Source: Candidatus Omnitrophota bacterium (GTDB taxonomy: Bacteria; Omnitrophota; Gorgyraeia; Zapsychrales; Zapsychraceae). Taken from it: a DNA stretch of 64,000 bases. How positions within the stretch are numbered: the first letter of the stretch is position 1; every line of letters starts with the position of its first letter. The position numbers and the translations under genes were made by a program. The stretch spans positions 91,484-155,483 of the forward strand of contig DATDQB010000020.1 in assembly GCA_035292445.1 (NCBI GenBank), written 5' to 3'. Positions 17,319-27,429 of the stretch are shown here, one piece after another. Below the pieces are notes generated by a model. The model was not told where the DNA came from. It made no database searches and was given only the letters and a program-made list of their open reading frames with translations.

Positions 17319-19322
17319 TTAGAATTTCAAGTTCACGCCGAAATTGTAATTCTTCTTCGGAGCCGGATAAAAATCCTGTGTGTCGCTCGATTGGGACTTA
17401 ATGACCAGCGTATTGTATCTGTTGTTAAAGATATTATTTACCGCCGCGAAAACCTCTATATTTTTACTGCGAAAGGCGACCTTTCCGTCAACGACATAAT
17501 AACTTTCCGCTTTGGGCGTCTCGTTAAGGGTATCATTGATGGCAAACGTTGAGCCTATATACCTGCCGTTCAATGAGAGATTATAATGCTCTAAGAAACC
17601 AAGAATGAAGCCGTGGCTGAATTGATTATTAGGGGCCATGGGGATATCCCTGCCGTCAAAGGCGCCATCGACGAATTCAGGGTCCTGATAGGTATAATTG
17701 ACAAACGTCTCGAACTGGTCAAGAAAACCTACGTCAAAGAACTCAAGGATATCAACCCTATGCTCGGTCTCGATGCCGAGCCTCCTGGTTTCCCCATAAT
17801 TGGTGTTCTCGCCGAAGAAACCTGCCGTCGGATCAAAGAATATTTCGCTTTTAATATCGATCATATAACCCGTGAGGCTGGAAATTATCTTTTGGTCAAA
17901 ATTATGCTTTATTCCCAGTTCATATTGTTTCCCTGCCTGCTCATCGATATTGGTATTGAGCCCCGTGAATGCGCTGAACCATTCTTCCGTGGCCAGGAAA
18001 CGGAATGTCTGTTGAAAATTAAAATGGACATTGCTGCCCGGCGCATATTCATATTTCATCCCGCCCATCGCCACCGTCACTTCAGGGTCCTGTTCCTCAA
18101 AGGTTCCCGCGCTGCGATTGTCAAAAGTATATTCAGCCCGGTGATGCCTTTTGCCGGCATTAATATAAAAATTCTCGAAAGCCTCAACCTGCAGGTATCC
18201 GAAAATACCCAGCTCTTCTTTCTTGATCGTAAGATCTTCCGTTGAGAACATGCTTGTTGAATAAATATCATTTTTCGCATCTTGAAGGTCAAAGCCAACG
18301 ACAAAATCGACCTTCCGATCAAGGATCTCCCGGTCAAAGATATACTTGCCCGTGTAGGCCCTGGTTATGATATCACGATTGGTGGTAAATGAACCGGAAT
18401 CTTCCGTATTAACAATATCAAACACTTCCCGGTCCCGGTAATAAAAATCAAAAACAATATCGCCCAAATAATCGCTTTCCAACCAAGGCGTCAACTGTGT
18501 TGTTACCTGGACAAACTGGTCTTTGGTATCTGCATAATCATTCGGTGTTGCCGTGCTTTTCCGGCCGAACGTTTCGAGTTCCGATGCATTTAATCCCCCT
18601 GGCAGCTCCACGTTGTCCCGATGCTGTCCAAAAGTGACATCGAATGACACATGATCGTTAGGCTCATAGCCCATGCGGGAATTAAAGTTTCTTGTCAGCA
18701 TATCACTGTTATCGCGGTACCCACGGTCATCCAGATATTGGGAATAAAGATAATACGAAATCCCTTTTTGAGAACCGGAGAGCTCAAGATCCTCGCCTTT
18801 TCTTGAATAACTTCCATAAGTGGCCCCCAGTTTTCCGGAAAGATCCCCTTCACCCTCTTTGGTAATAATATTGATCACCCCGGCGACCGCGTTATCGCCA
18901 TAAAGAACAGAGGCTCCACCGCGTATAACCTCAATTCGTTCAACGGATCCTAAGGGGACCTGCGTAAGATCCGGCCCCGAAACATCGACGTTATTGATCT
19001 TGCGTCCGTTGACCAGAACCAACACATTCCTTCCGGCCGTATCGCCAAAACCCCGGATATCGATCGTCCTGGCCTTGTTCGTCCCGGCTTCATAAATAAA
19101 GACACCCAATACACTATAGAGAACATCCGATATGCTCTGGGCGCCGGAGGCCTCAATTCTTTCTTTGGGTATTACCGTTACGTTACCGGCAACCTCATAC
19201 TGCTCTTGCTCAAGCCGTGAGGCCGACACGACAATAGTGTCCAAATCTACGCTCAAGGCGGCATGCCCATTGCCTGTTAGAACGAATAATAACGAAAATA
19301 ATGCGCCTAAGGATCTTTTCAT
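17319..19322 (-). CDS. btuB: TonB-dependent outer-membrane receptor, cobalamin-type (BtuB-like)
   Basis: Signal peptide, a plug domain (DTIVVSASR TonB-box region) and a beta-barrel ending in a C-terminal Phe (NLKF). It is preceded by a cobalamin riboswitch. Confidence 0.8.
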   Translation of the reverse strand: MKRSLGALFSLLFVLTGNGHAALSVDLDTIVVSASRLEQEQYEVAGNVTVIPKERIEASGAQSISDVLYSVLGVFIYEAGTNKARTIDIRGFGDTAGRNVLVLVNGRKINNVDVSGPDLTQVPLGSVERIEVIRGGASVLYGDNAVAGVINIITKEGEGDLSGKLGATYGSYSRKGEDLELSGSQKGISYYLYSQYLDDRGYRDNSDMLTRNFNSRMGYEPNDHVSFDVTFGQHRDNVELPGGLNASELETFGRKSTATPNDYADTKDQFVQVTTQLTPWLESDYLGDIVFDFYYRDREVFDIVNTEDSGSFTTNRDIITRAYTGKYIFDREILDRKVDFVVGFDLQDAKNDIYSTSMFSTEDLTIKKEELGIFGYLQVEAFENFYINAGKRHHRAEYTFDNRSAGTFEEQDPEVTVAMGGMKYEYAPGSNVHFNFQQTFRFLATEEWFSAFTGLNTNIDEQAGKQYELGIKHNFDQKIISSLTGYMIDIKSEIFFDPTAGFFGENTNYGETRRLGIETEHRVDILEFFDVGFLDQFETFVNYTYQDPEFVDGAFDGRDIPMAPNNQFSHGFILGFLEHYNLSLNGRYIGSTFAINDTLNETPKAESYYVVDGKVAFRSKNIEVFAAVNNIFNNRYNTLVIKSQSSDTQDFYPAPKKNYNFGVNLKF

Positions 19323-19333
19323 TGATTCTCCAT

Positions 19334-19453
19334 TTTACCCTGCTTCGCTCCAATGTTTTCACGTTGGAGTTTCGCAGGGTTTTCCGCTGATGTGTGCTAA
19401 AATCATCAATCCGCCGAAGCTAAACGCAAAAGCAATTTAGCGAAGGCGGAAAA
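19334..19453. repeat. repeat family 1, copy B (intergenic, between the riboswitch terminator and the btuB start)
   Basis: TACCCTGCTTCGCTCCAATGTTTTCACGTTGGAGTTTCGCAGGGTTTTCCGC ... ATCCGCCGAAGC ... GCGAAGGCGGA. Identity to copy A is high over the two core blocks, with a variable centre. Confidence 0.6.
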
Positions 19454-19489
19454 TAAAAAACTCTCAACCGAAATTTCTTCGATTGAGAG
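19451..19489 (-). terminator. Rho-independent terminator (riboswitch expression platform)
   Basis: On the minus strand, CTCTCAATCGAAGAAATTTCGGTTGAGAG (7-bp stem) is followed by TTTTTTATTTT. Confidence 0.6.
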
Positions 19490-19490
19490 T

Positions 19491-19715
19491 GCACCCGTTT
19501 ATCTTATTCTCAATATGTGATCAACGACCTCTGTCTCGCGCAGTTTCGTTGGTTCTTCTATTGGGAGTGTTCTGACTCATCTAGCAGTAAGTCGTAAGCA
19601 ATAAGCAGTAAGCTTATAGCGCTTACTGCTGACCGCTTACTGCTTACAGCTAGAATCACAGTGGCGGGACCGCGCCTGATTCGCACAGGGCTTTCCTTCC
19701 AACAGAAATCGATTC
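19491..19715 (-). promoter_or_regulatory. cobalamin (AdoCbl) riboswitch aptamer
   Basis: The minus strand reads GGAAGGAAAGCCCTGTGCGAATCAGGCGCGGTCCCGCCACTGTGA. This matches the conserved GGGAA..GUGCGAAUC..GCGGUCCCGCCACUGU core of B12 elements, and the E. coli btuB leader contains GUGCGAAUC. A variable long hairpin follows, then a degenerate B12-box-like GAGTCAGAACACTCCC. Confidence 0.75.
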
Positions 19716-19716
19716 T

Positions 19717-20217
19717 TTAAAGAGCACGTGCTAAAACTTTGGCTTTCATCCGAGAAGTAATCCACTCATACGCGCCAAAGAATAGAGCCATATAAACAAA
19801 TGTGCTTAGTAGCGTCGCATCAAAAAAAGGAATGGCTAAAATAAAGCAGGTCTTCAGGCCTTCGGCGGTCAACGGATAAAGCCCACCCGTCAACCACACG
19901 CCCAGGTTGCTTACGATAAAGAATAGGATGCTGGAAGCAAGCGTTGAGGCGAGGACCATCGATAAGCTCTTTCGCTTCTTGAGCCAAATGCCGATGCCGA
20001 CGATCAGCAATATGCTTCCCCACGTAAAGAACATCGTGTTATGGAAACCAATCAAAATGTCACTGATAGCCAGTAGAACCAACGGGAGTATGATCGCCTG
20101 CTTCTTCTCGAAATAAACACCGCTGAACAAGGCTATGGCGATCACGGGGGTAAAATTGGGGATATGAACAATGGCCCTGGAAAGAACACCTAGAACAATA
20201 ATGGCTAAAGCTAGCAT
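19717..20217 (-). CDS. small polytopic membrane protein (about 5 TM), function unknown
   Basis: Hydrophobic 166-aa ORF with the motif HIPNFTPVIAIALFSG. Confidence 0.45.
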   Translation of the reverse strand: MLALAIIVLGVLSRAIVHIPNFTPVIAIALFSGVYFEKKQAIILPLVLLAISDILIGFHNTMFFTWGSILLIVGIGIWLKKRKSLSMVLASTLASSILFFIVSNLGVWLTGGLYPLTAEGLKTCFILAIPFFDATLLSTFVYMALFFGAYEWITSRMKAKVLARAL

Positions 20218-20272
20218 ATTTTCCCTTTCAATTAATCATTAATATAATTATTCCGTTGCGATTCGTCAAGCG

Positions 20273-21346
20273 TTATTTCTTCGATTCCTGCCAACGGGAA
20301 ATATTATTTTCATGGATCTGCTCGATAGTTTCTTTAAGCGTATAGCGCTGCTGCCATTGAGGGTAGTGCCCTTTAAATTTCTTGAGGCTGCTTAAATACC
20401 AAATATGATCCCCGATACGGTTGGTTTCCGAAATAGTATAGTTCAATTTATTTCCGGAAATTTTCTCGCACAGCTCGATCGCCTCTAACATCGAGCAGTT
20501 ATTGAGGCGGCCGCCGCCGATGTTGTAGACTTCGCCCACGCGCGGGTCTTTGTAGAATTCATCAAAGGCCGTGATCAGATCATAACTGTGAATATTGTCC
20601 CGCACCTGCTTTCCCTTATAACCGAGGATCGTATAAGGCTGTCCGGTGACAGCGCATTTCATCAGATACGCCAAAAAGCCATGCAGCATCGCCCCCGAAT
20701 GCCGCGGGCCCGTCAGGCAACCTCCGCGGAAGCAGACTGTCTTCATGTCAAAATACCGGCCGTATTCCTGCACCAAGATATCCGCCGCTGCCTTTGACGC
20801 GCCAAATAGAGAATGCTTGCACTGATCAATGCTCATCGACTCATCGATGCCATCGTAAAATATATGGTCTTCAGGAAGTTCATAACGCAACTTCCCTTCA
20901 ATTAACGGCAGGTCGTTGGGCAGATCCCCATAGACTTTATTCGTGCTGGTGAAGATGAAGACGGCCTGATAGCAATATTGGTGGCTTAACTCCAGCAAAT
21001 TCAGCGTGCCGTTGGCATTGACCGTAAAATCCGTGAGCGGCTCTTTGACCGCCCAGTCATGCGAGGGCTGCGCGGCGGTATGGATGATCAATTTTATATC
21101 TTTGTTATATTTCTTAAAGATCCGCTCTAATCTTTTGTAGTTACGGATGTCAACGTTATAATGGCGGAACCTCTTTATCTTTTCTTCCAGCATCTTCAAG
21201 TTCCAGTCGGTCGAACCATCGGGCCCGAAGAAATACTCGCGCATGTTGTTGTCGATGCCGACGACCTTCATGCCCCTACCGGCGAAATATTCGACCGCTT
21301 CGGAGCCAATCAAGCCTGAGGAACCTGTTATGATCGCAATATCCAT
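20273..21346 (-). CDS. NAD-dependent epimerase/dehydratase (CDP-paratose/tyvelose 2-epimerase-like)
   Basis: [12 protein letters not shown] Rossmann motif and an FGASKAAAD Tyr/Lys region. 357 aa. Confidence 0.7.
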   Translation of the reverse strand: MDIAIITGSSGLIGSEAVEYFAGRGMKVVGIDNNMREYFFGPDGSTDWNLKMLEEKIKRFRHYNVDIRNYKRLERIFKKYNKDIKLIIHTAAQPSHDWAVKEPLTDFTVNANGTLNLLELSHQYCYQAVFIFTSTNKVYGDLPNDLPLIEGKLRYELPEDHIFYDGIDESMSIDQCKHSLFGASKAAADILVQEYGRYFDMKTVCFRGGCLTGPRHSGAMLHGFLAYLMKCAVTGQPYTILGYKGKQVRDNIHSYDLITAFDEFYKDPRVGEVYNIGGGRLNNCSMLEAIELCEKISGNKLNYTISETNRIGDHIWYLSSLKKFKGHYPQWQQRYTLKETIEQIHENNISRWQESKK

Positions 21347-21418
21347 GAAAACCCTTGAATCTTTCGAGCTGCCCTTTTATGATAATGACATTATCAGGAT
21401 AATCGAACGAAGTGAATT

Positions 21419-22291
21419 ATGCAAAAGATAAAAGAACTTTTTAAACCAGAGAAAAAGACGATTTCCTTCGAGCTTTTTCCCCCTAAGACCGACAAAGGCT
21501 ACGAGAACCTGTTGGACACAATCGCCCAACTGGCCGAATTAAAGCCTGATTTCATCTCCTGTACCTACGGCGCCGGCGGGGGAAACCGCGACAAGACGAT
21601 GGACATCGTGCAGCACATCGAGGAAAAACATAAAATCATCGGGCTCGCCCATTTGACATGCGTCCTGCACACCAAAGATGAGCTTAAGGCCATCCTTGGA
21701 AACATCCGCTCACGCGGCATTAAAAATATCCTTGCCCTTCACGGCGACCCCCCGCAAGACCATCCCGATTGGAAGCCGGGACCGGATAATTTCAAATACA
21801 GCAGCGAATTGGTGAGCTTTATCCGTAAACTTTTTGGCGATTATTTCGGGATCGCAGTGGCCGGTTTCCCCGAAGGCCATCTTCTGTGTAAAGACAGAAA
21901 TAAAGACGCTCAATATCTGAAAATGAAGATCGACGCCGGCGCGGATTTTGTCATCACGCAGATATACTTTGATAACAAAGACTATTTCGAATATGTCGAA
22001 CGCTTGAAGAAATTGGGCGTGACAAACCGCGTTATTCCGGGGATCCTTCCCATTACCGATTATGAAAAGCTGCAGCGCTTCTGCAATCTTTGCGGGGCAA
22101 CGATCACCGATAACGTGAAAAAGATCTTCGAACCCATCAGAAACGACCCGGAGGCGACCCTCAAGGCGGGAATTGATTTCGCGGTCAAACAGTGCCGGGA
22201 ATTGTTAAAAGGCGGGGCGGCGGGATTACACTTTTACAGCCTGAATAAAGCCCATCCGACCGATAGTATCCTAAAAGCCATCCGGGACTAA
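21419..22291 (+). CDS. metF: 5,10-methylenetetrahydrofolate reductase
   Basis: 290 aa. Family-typical blocks SFELFPPKT, CTYGAGG and ALHGDPP. Confidence 0.9.
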   Translation: MQKIKELFKPEKKTISFELFPPKTDKGYENLLDTIAQLAELKPDFISCTYGAGGGNRDKTMDIVQHIEEKHKIIGLAHLTCVLHTKDELKAILGNIRSRGIKNILALHGDPPQDHPDWKPGPDNFKYSSELVSFIRKLFGDYFGIAVAGFPEGHLLCKDRNKDAQYLKMKIDAGADFVITQIYFDNKDYFEYVERLKKLGVTNRVIPGILPITDYEKLQRFCNLCGATITDNVKKIFEPIRNDPEATLKAGIDFAVKQCRELLKGGAAGLHFYSLNKAHPTDSILKAIRD

Positions 22292-22731
22292 TCATTGCCG
22301 AAAAATTCCTTCTTGAATTGCAGCACTTCCTTTATCTTTCCTATTAAATCAAGGCCGTCGATTGTCTTCACGACATAATCGTTCACGCCTTCGATACGGA
22401 AAATATCTTTCATCCCTTCCTTCATCGTAAAAACGATGATGGGGATCTCCTTCTTCTCTTGCGAGCGCCGCAACTCCCGGACAAAGGTGTGGCCGTCCAT
22501 CCGGGGCATGTGGATATCCAGCAAGATAATATCGGGATCGGGATATTTGTGGCGATCCTGATATTTTTCCTTATGCTGCAGGTACGCCAATGCCTCTTCT
22601 CCGTTTACCACACGATGCACATGGCAAGAAAACTTTTGCTTCTCGAAGGCACGAAGGATGATCTTCACATCCGTTTCGCTGTCTTCGACCAAAAGAACCT
22701 CAATGGGCTTTTCTTTTTGCTGTTGGCGCAT
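22288..22731 (-). CDS. single-domain response regulator (CheY-like receiver)
   Basis: VLLVEDSETD ... DIILLDIHMPRMDG receiver motifs. Confidence 0.8.
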   Translation of the reverse strand: MRQQQKEKPIEVLLVEDSETDVKIILRAFEKQKFSCHVHRVVNGEEALAYLQHKEKYQDRHKYPDPDIILLDIHMPRMDGHTFVRELRRSQEKKEIPIIVFTMKEGMKDIFRIEGVNDYVVKTIDGLDLIGKIKEVLQFKKEFFGND

Positions 22732-23348
22732 TATCCCGCTTTGGCTTCAATCTCGACAATGACATTGACGACATCATCAACGACAAGCCCGCCGCTATCG
22801 AGCGTTTTGTTCCATTTGATATCGAAATCCTGACGGTTAATCTGAATCTGGCCGGCAATACCGATAACATCCGCGCCCGATGTGCCCTTAACAGGCCCGG
22901 CAATCGTCACGGGGATAGTAACGCTCTTTGTCACGCCTTTCATGGTCAGGTCCCCGACAATCGCCGTTCCACCTTCTGTTTTCTCAAGCCGGGCATTTGT
23001 AAAGGTGATCTGAGGATGCGTGGCCACGTCAAAAAAGTCAGCGCTCTTTAAATGATTGTCCCTGGATTCATTTTTCGTATCAATGCTGGCCGCATCGATG
23101 GTGACGTTAGCGCTGAAAGCTTGATCATTGTTAGGATCAAGGGTAATTTGGCCGTTGAAAGTGTCAAAAGCGCCCCTGGTCGTACCAACCACCATGTGCT
23201 TGACGGCGAAACCTAAGGTGGAATGCGCCGCATCAACCTCGTAGGTTTTGGCCTGCGCTTGTTCCATCATGGCCGCTTCATCGGCGCTACTGAAAGATGC
23301 CGCCATCAAAAAAACAGCTGTAATGATTAATAGGTTTAACTTTTTCAT
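22731..23348 (-). CDS. YceI-family periplasmic protein
   Basis: Signal peptide followed by a YceI-like lipid/polyisoprenoid-binding fold pattern. 205 aa. Confidence 0.75.
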   Translation of the reverse strand: MKKLNLLIITAVFLMAASFSSADEAAMMEQAQAKTYEVDAAHSTLGFAVKHMVVGTTRGAFDTFNGQITLDPNNDQAFSANVTIDAASIDTKNESRDNHLKSADFFDVATHPQITFTNARLEKTEGGTAIVGDLTMKGVTKSVTIPVTIAGPVKGTSGADVIGIAGQIQINRQDFDIKWNKTLDSGGLVVDDVVNVIVEIEAKAG

Positions 23349-23419
23349 AACTTCCCCTTTCTTTTTTGTACGGGAGCCTGTCTCAGGCCCCCTCCGAAGG
23401 GCGGCTGGGACAGCCGCCC

Positions 23420-24097
23420 CTACAATAATATCAACATAACCGCCTGATACATAAAATACCCCGCCGCCGCCAATAAGATCACACCGGCGATCTGTTTAAT
23501 ACGCACCAACCATGCTCCGGATCTGGGAAGGTTAGCCAAAATGCCGCTAAAGGTACCGACCAAGATGAGCGATGCCCCAAGGCCATACGAAAAGACGAAC
23601 ATCAAGCTCACCGCATGCCAGATGTTTTGCTGGGAGGCCGTGTAAAGAAGGAGCGTCCCCAAAACAGGCGCCGTGCACGGCCCGATCACCAAGCCGGAGG
23701 CCATGCCAAAGACAATAACGGTCCAAACGTTCTTCGCTTTGATGTGCTCATGGAAAGAAAGCCCCAGGGTGGGCATCGGTATCTTATCAAACATCGCCAA
23801 CGCGAAAACCAACAAAAGTAAGCTGACAATGAAATAAACAAAGGGGTGGTTCTGAAATTGCCCGAATACTTTTCCCGTCAAAGAGGCAAAGATAGCCAAA
23901 GCGCTATACGTTATGGCGATACCAAAGACATAAATCAGGGAAATAACAAACCCCATTAACCTGCTGCCTTTGGTGTTTATCCCGGCGATAAACCCGGCGG
24001 TCAAAGGAAGGACCGGATAAACGCAAGGCGTGAAACTGACCAACACCCCGCCCCAAAACACGACCACATAATCAAATAAGTTTCCGGAAAGCTGCAT
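23420..24097 (-). CDS. ccdA: cytochrome c-type biogenesis protein CcdA (DsbD transmembrane-domain family)
   Basis: Redox Cys residues in TPCVYPVLP and GPCTAPVLG. 225 aa with multiple TM segments. Confidence 0.85.
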   Translation of the reverse strand: MQLSGNLFDYVVVFWGGVLVSFTPCVYPVLPLTAGFIAGINTKGSRLMGFVISLIYVFGIAITYSALAIFASLTGKVFGQFQNHPFVYFIVSLLLLVFALAMFDKIPMPTLGLSFHEHIKAKNVWTVIVFGMASGLVIGPCTAPVLGTLLLYTASQQNIWHAVSLMFVFSYGLGASLILVGTFSGILANLPRSGAWLVRIKQIAGVILLAAAGYFMYQAVMLILL

Positions 24098-24119
24098 CTA
24101 TGTGTATGTATCTGTCCTA

Positions 24120-25244
24120 TTACTGGATTAAAACGCCGCTGCGGGATGTAAAAATGCGATCGCGTATTTTTAAAATAGGCATTTCGACCAATTTCGCCAT
24201 CCCGATACCCACCACCAGGGAACCGGCGATAAAAAAGGTCAATTCCAACAAATAAGGTATCGACTTTTGAACAAGACCCCTTAATAAGGGTAAACCCCAA
24301 ATCAAGACCACCATGTGCCATAAATAGATAGAGTAAGAATAATACCCGATATTCCCTAAAATTTCTACTATTTTATACCTTCGCAACGTGTTCTCATTCA
24401 GGCAGTATAAACTCAATATCATCAGACCTCCGAAACCGACATAAAGCATCGTCAACCCAAAGCTCTGCAGGAAGCGGCTGGTGCTGATGCTCTTTATAAG
24501 CATTGGAAGAATACAAATAACACTCAGTAAAAGAAGCCCGTAACGATACTTTAGTATCAACTCTTTGAAACGCTGGTAATGAAAGTGATGCAGATAAGAC
24601 AATAAAACGCCGAAGAACAACGCATCGATCCTTAGATGCGTCGGGTATAAGTGGAACCAGACGAAAAACCGGGGGACATACAAAGAGGTGATCACCCTTA
24701 AACCTAAGACAAAGACGGCTAAAATAAAATAAAGCTGGACCAACGGCAATAACGCATTGGTTTTATTGGTCTTGGTATACACCAGCACCAATAAGCCTAA
24801 CAGAAGGTAAAAATGCTCCTCGACGGCCAGCGACCACGTATGCCCCCATAAAGAACCGATGTAATTCTGTATATAAAAGAGCTCCCCGAGGATTTGCCTC
24901 CCGGAAGGCCGGGTATCCGTCAAAAACGGCGAAACAATAAGAGTAACCGTCACCAGTACATAAAATCCGGGGTATATCTTTAATCCCCGCCGAACCAAGA
25001 AGCGCACAAAATCAAACTGACCAAAACGCATATATTCTCTAAAGATAAGGCCTGAAACCAAAAAGCCGCTGATCACAAAGAACAGATCGACGCCGATCCA
25101 GCCGCTCATATGCAACCGTCCAACGATCCAGCGCGTAAAACCGTCAACGGATACGGGCAGCGAAGGCAAATGCCGCCCGAACACCAGCAATACGGCGATG
25201 GCCCGCAGCACATCTAATTGGATAAAGCGTTTCGGATGGTCCAT
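24120..25244 (-). CDS. acyltransferase family 3 (OafA/YrhL-like) membrane O-acyltransferase
   Basis: The N-terminus LDVLRAIAVLLVFGRH is typical of acyltransferase family 3. About 10 TM, 374 aa. Confidence 0.75.
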   Translation of the reverse strand: MDHPKRFIQLDVLRAIAVLLVFGRHLPSLPVSVDGFTRWIVGRLHMSGWIGVDLFFVISGFLVSGLIFREYMRFGQFDFVRFLVRRGLKIYPGFYVLVTVTLIVSPFLTDTRPSGRQILGELFYIQNYIGSLWGHTWSLAVEEHFYLLLGLLVLVYTKTNKTNALLPLVQLYFILAVFVLGLRVITSLYVPRFFVWFHLYPTHLRIDALFFGVLLSYLHHFHYQRFKELILKYRYGLLLLSVICILPMLIKSISTSRFLQSFGLTMLYVGFGGLMILSLYCLNENTLRRYKIVEILGNIGYYSYSIYLWHMVVLIWGLPLLRGLVQKSIPYLLELTFFIAGSLVVGIGMAKLVEMPILKIRDRIFTSRSGVLIQ

Positions 25245-25351
25245 TGTTTACCCTATTATACAAATACCCAGGGCCATTTAACCATGAAAATTCTTTCCAT
25301 CATTTTTCCGTTATGATATCATCAACATATTCATTCAACTACCCCTATCCC

Positions 25352-26131
25352 ATGACCAAAACGGATCTTATCTTCTGGACCGCCTATACCGGCACCCTCA
25401 GCTGCCTGGCTACCGGCTTGGGGGCCATTCCCGTCCATTTCGTTAAAAACAACTCAAAGATCGTCCGAGGCTTCGCCTCCGCCATTGCCGCGGGCATGAT
25501 GATCTCGGCTTCCGTTTTTTCGCTGGCCCAAGAAGGCATTTCATTAAAGGATAAATTCCCGATGGCCCCTTACATCGTCATTTTGGGGCTTCTGCTGGGG
25601 GCGGCGTTCTTTCGCTGGACCGACGCAAAATTTTCAACGACCAATCATTTTTACAAATATTACGTTAATCGGGGTTTAACCAGAAGGACCATGCTTATCT
25701 TTATGGCGATGTTCATCCACTCCATCCCCGAGGGGATCGCCATTGGCGTTGCCTTCGCCACGGGAAATATGGAATTCGGGCTGATCATGGCCATTGCCAT
25801 TGCCGTCCACAACATCCCCGAAGGAATCGCGGTTTCCTTGCCCCTAAAAGCCGACGGCGCCTCCACCTCTCGCTGCGCCTACGCTTCCATTCTCACCAGC
25901 ATCCCGCAACCGATCATGGCTGTGCCTTCGGCGCTATTAGCCTGGTTTTTCGAACCACTTCTTCCTATCGGTCTTGGATTTGCCGGCGGGGCGATGATTT
26001 ATCTGACCATTTCAGAGCTTATTCCGGATGCGCTCGAAGAAGGCGGCCCCAGCTTAACCGCCTGGGGCGTCATGGTTGGCCTGTGCGGCATGCTTCTGAT
26101 AACGACCGTGTTAGGGTCAATTTCCTATTAA
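25352..26131 (+). CDS. ZIP-family divalent metal transporter (ZupT-like)
   Basis: Duplicated HSIPEGIA and HNIPEGIA metal-binding motifs. The start is assigned to Met37 of the 25244 ORF to avoid the divergent overlap. Confidence 0.8.
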   Translation: MTKTDLIFWTAYTGTLSCLATGLGAIPVHFVKNNSKIVRGFASAIAAGMMISASVFSLAQEGISLKDKFPMAPYIVILGLLLGAAFFRWTDAKFSTTNHFYKYYVNRGLTRRTMLIFMAMFIHSIPEGIAIGVAFATGNMEFGLIMAIAIAVHNIPEGIAVSLPLKADGASTSRCAYASILTSIPQPIMAVPSALLAWFFEPLLPIGLGFAGGAMIYLTISELIPDALEEGGPSLTAWGVMVGLCGMLLITTVLGSISY

Positions 26132-26179
26132 ATTCTTCCACTTTCACTTCATCTGAAAATCAATTTTAAGGAAGACTGG

Positions 26180-26677
26180 CTATTTAATGCTGGCGATCTT
26201 GACATCAAAATTGAGTGTTTGACCGGCCAGCGGGTGATTAAAATTCACAACGACCGCTTCCTCTTTGATCTCCTGGACAATGCCGGGATAGGCATTACCC
26301 TCAGGGTCCTGCAGCTCAATGACCATTCCGACTTCATAAGCGAAATCGGCAGGAAAATTGGTTTTAGGGATATCTTTAACGGCTTCCTCAATAACAGGGC
26401 CATACGCTTCTTCCGGAGCGACCGTCACTTTTTTTTCTTCCCCGACCTTCATGCCTTCTAACGCTTTTTCTAGACCCGGAATGATTTTCCCTTCCCCATG
26501 GATATATTCAATGGGACTTTTACCTTCCGTCGATTCAACGACCTCATTATTGATCGTCAGCGTGTAATCGAACTGGATTGTTTTACCTTTCTCAATCATT
26601 TCTTCCCCGAAGGCCACATTCGTGACCGCAAGAAAAAATACTACTCCAACCAAACCGCTTAAAACCTTTCTGTTCAT
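26180..26677 (-). CDS. FKBP-type peptidyl-prolyl cis-trans isomerase (periplasmic, SlyD/FkpA-like)
   Basis: Signal peptide followed by an FKBP domain (IEYIHGEGKIIPGLEKALEGMKVGEEK). Confidence 0.8.
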   Translation of the reverse strand: MNRKVLSGLVGVVFFLAVTNVAFGEEMIEKGKTIQFDYTLTINNEVVESTEGKSPIEYIHGEGKIIPGLEKALEGMKVGEEKKVTVAPEEAYGPVIEEAVKDIPKTNFPADFAYEVGMVIELQDPEGNAYPGIVQEIKEEAVVVNFNHPLAGQTLNFDVKIASIK

Positions 26678-26706
26678 TTTCGACCCCTCTCATTGGTTAA
26701 ACGTCG

Positions 26707-27429
26707 TCATTTATGCAACAACTTCCATGGGTTGATCTTTAGATCCTGGGTTAATTCTTTGATGTTGACGGATGTCTCGTTAAGGTTGGCGATGATTTGA
26801 TCAATATGTTCATCGTTGTTTTGCAAACGCTCATCGACGGATTGGGTCAGGGAAGATAAATGGCCGGTAAGCGAGTTCAGTTGCGCCAAAATTTTATCGA
26901 TATTTTCCTTATTAAGCTCCAGGCGTTCGTTCAAATTCTTGGTGATGCCCTCCATTTCAACAGCGATGCCGTGGCCTTTGGAAACCAGCTCATCGAAACT
27001 GGGCGGGTCCTCACCGATGATCAAAGATCCCGATGGTAAAACACCCCCCTGGACATCGCCGGAGGTCAAACCTATAAATTTTTCACCCATCAAGCCTAAG
27101 TTCTTGACGTACGCCTTGGACCCTTCACGGACCATCGCTTTGTCATTGACCCACAATGTTAACTCGATTCTGGTCTGATTGTCAACATCTTTGATGGCGA
27201 TATCCTCAACGACACCGACCTCCAGCCCGTTGAACATGACCGGTGAATTCAAATTGACCCCGTTGATATCATTGAACTGCACCTTTAAGTTGTATCCTCC
27301 CCTGGCCAGATTGAAATTTCCGGCGCCAACGGTAAAAAGGGCCAGGATCACAAACACAACAACGACCATGATGCCGATTTTAGTCTCATTATTCAATTTC
27401 ATCTGAAAACTCCCGTCATTTTTCTTCAT
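26707..27429 (-). CDS. mlaD: MlaD (MCE-domain) phospholipid transport protein
   Basis: N-terminal TM segment plus an MCE domain. Directly downstream of mlaF and mlaE. Confidence 0.8.
   Translation of the reverse strand: MKKNDGSFQMKLNNETKIGIMVVVVFVILALFTVGAGNFNLARGGYNLKVQFNDINGVNLNSPVMFNGLEVGVVEDIAIKDVDNQTRIELTLWVNDKAMVREGSKAYVKNLGLMGEKFIGLTSGDVQGGVLPSGSLIIGEDPPSFDELVSKGHGIAVEMEGITKNLNERLELNKENIDKILAQLNSLTGHLSSLTQSVDERLQNNDEHIDQIIANLNETSVNIKELTQDLKINPWKLLHK

Noticed and set aside
19491-19715. Possible SRP (4.5S) RNA, because of a GGAAGGAAAGC-like segment
   Set aside because: Its context (immediately 5' of a TonB receptor gene, followed by a terminator) and the GCGGUCCCGCCACUGU core fit a cobalamin riboswitch much better. 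The SRP helix-8 consensus is not matched.
24001-24321. 106-aa ORF overlapping the ccdA and acyltransferase genes
   Set aside because: It spans an intergenic gap and the ends of two well-supported genes. It has no RBS or motif.
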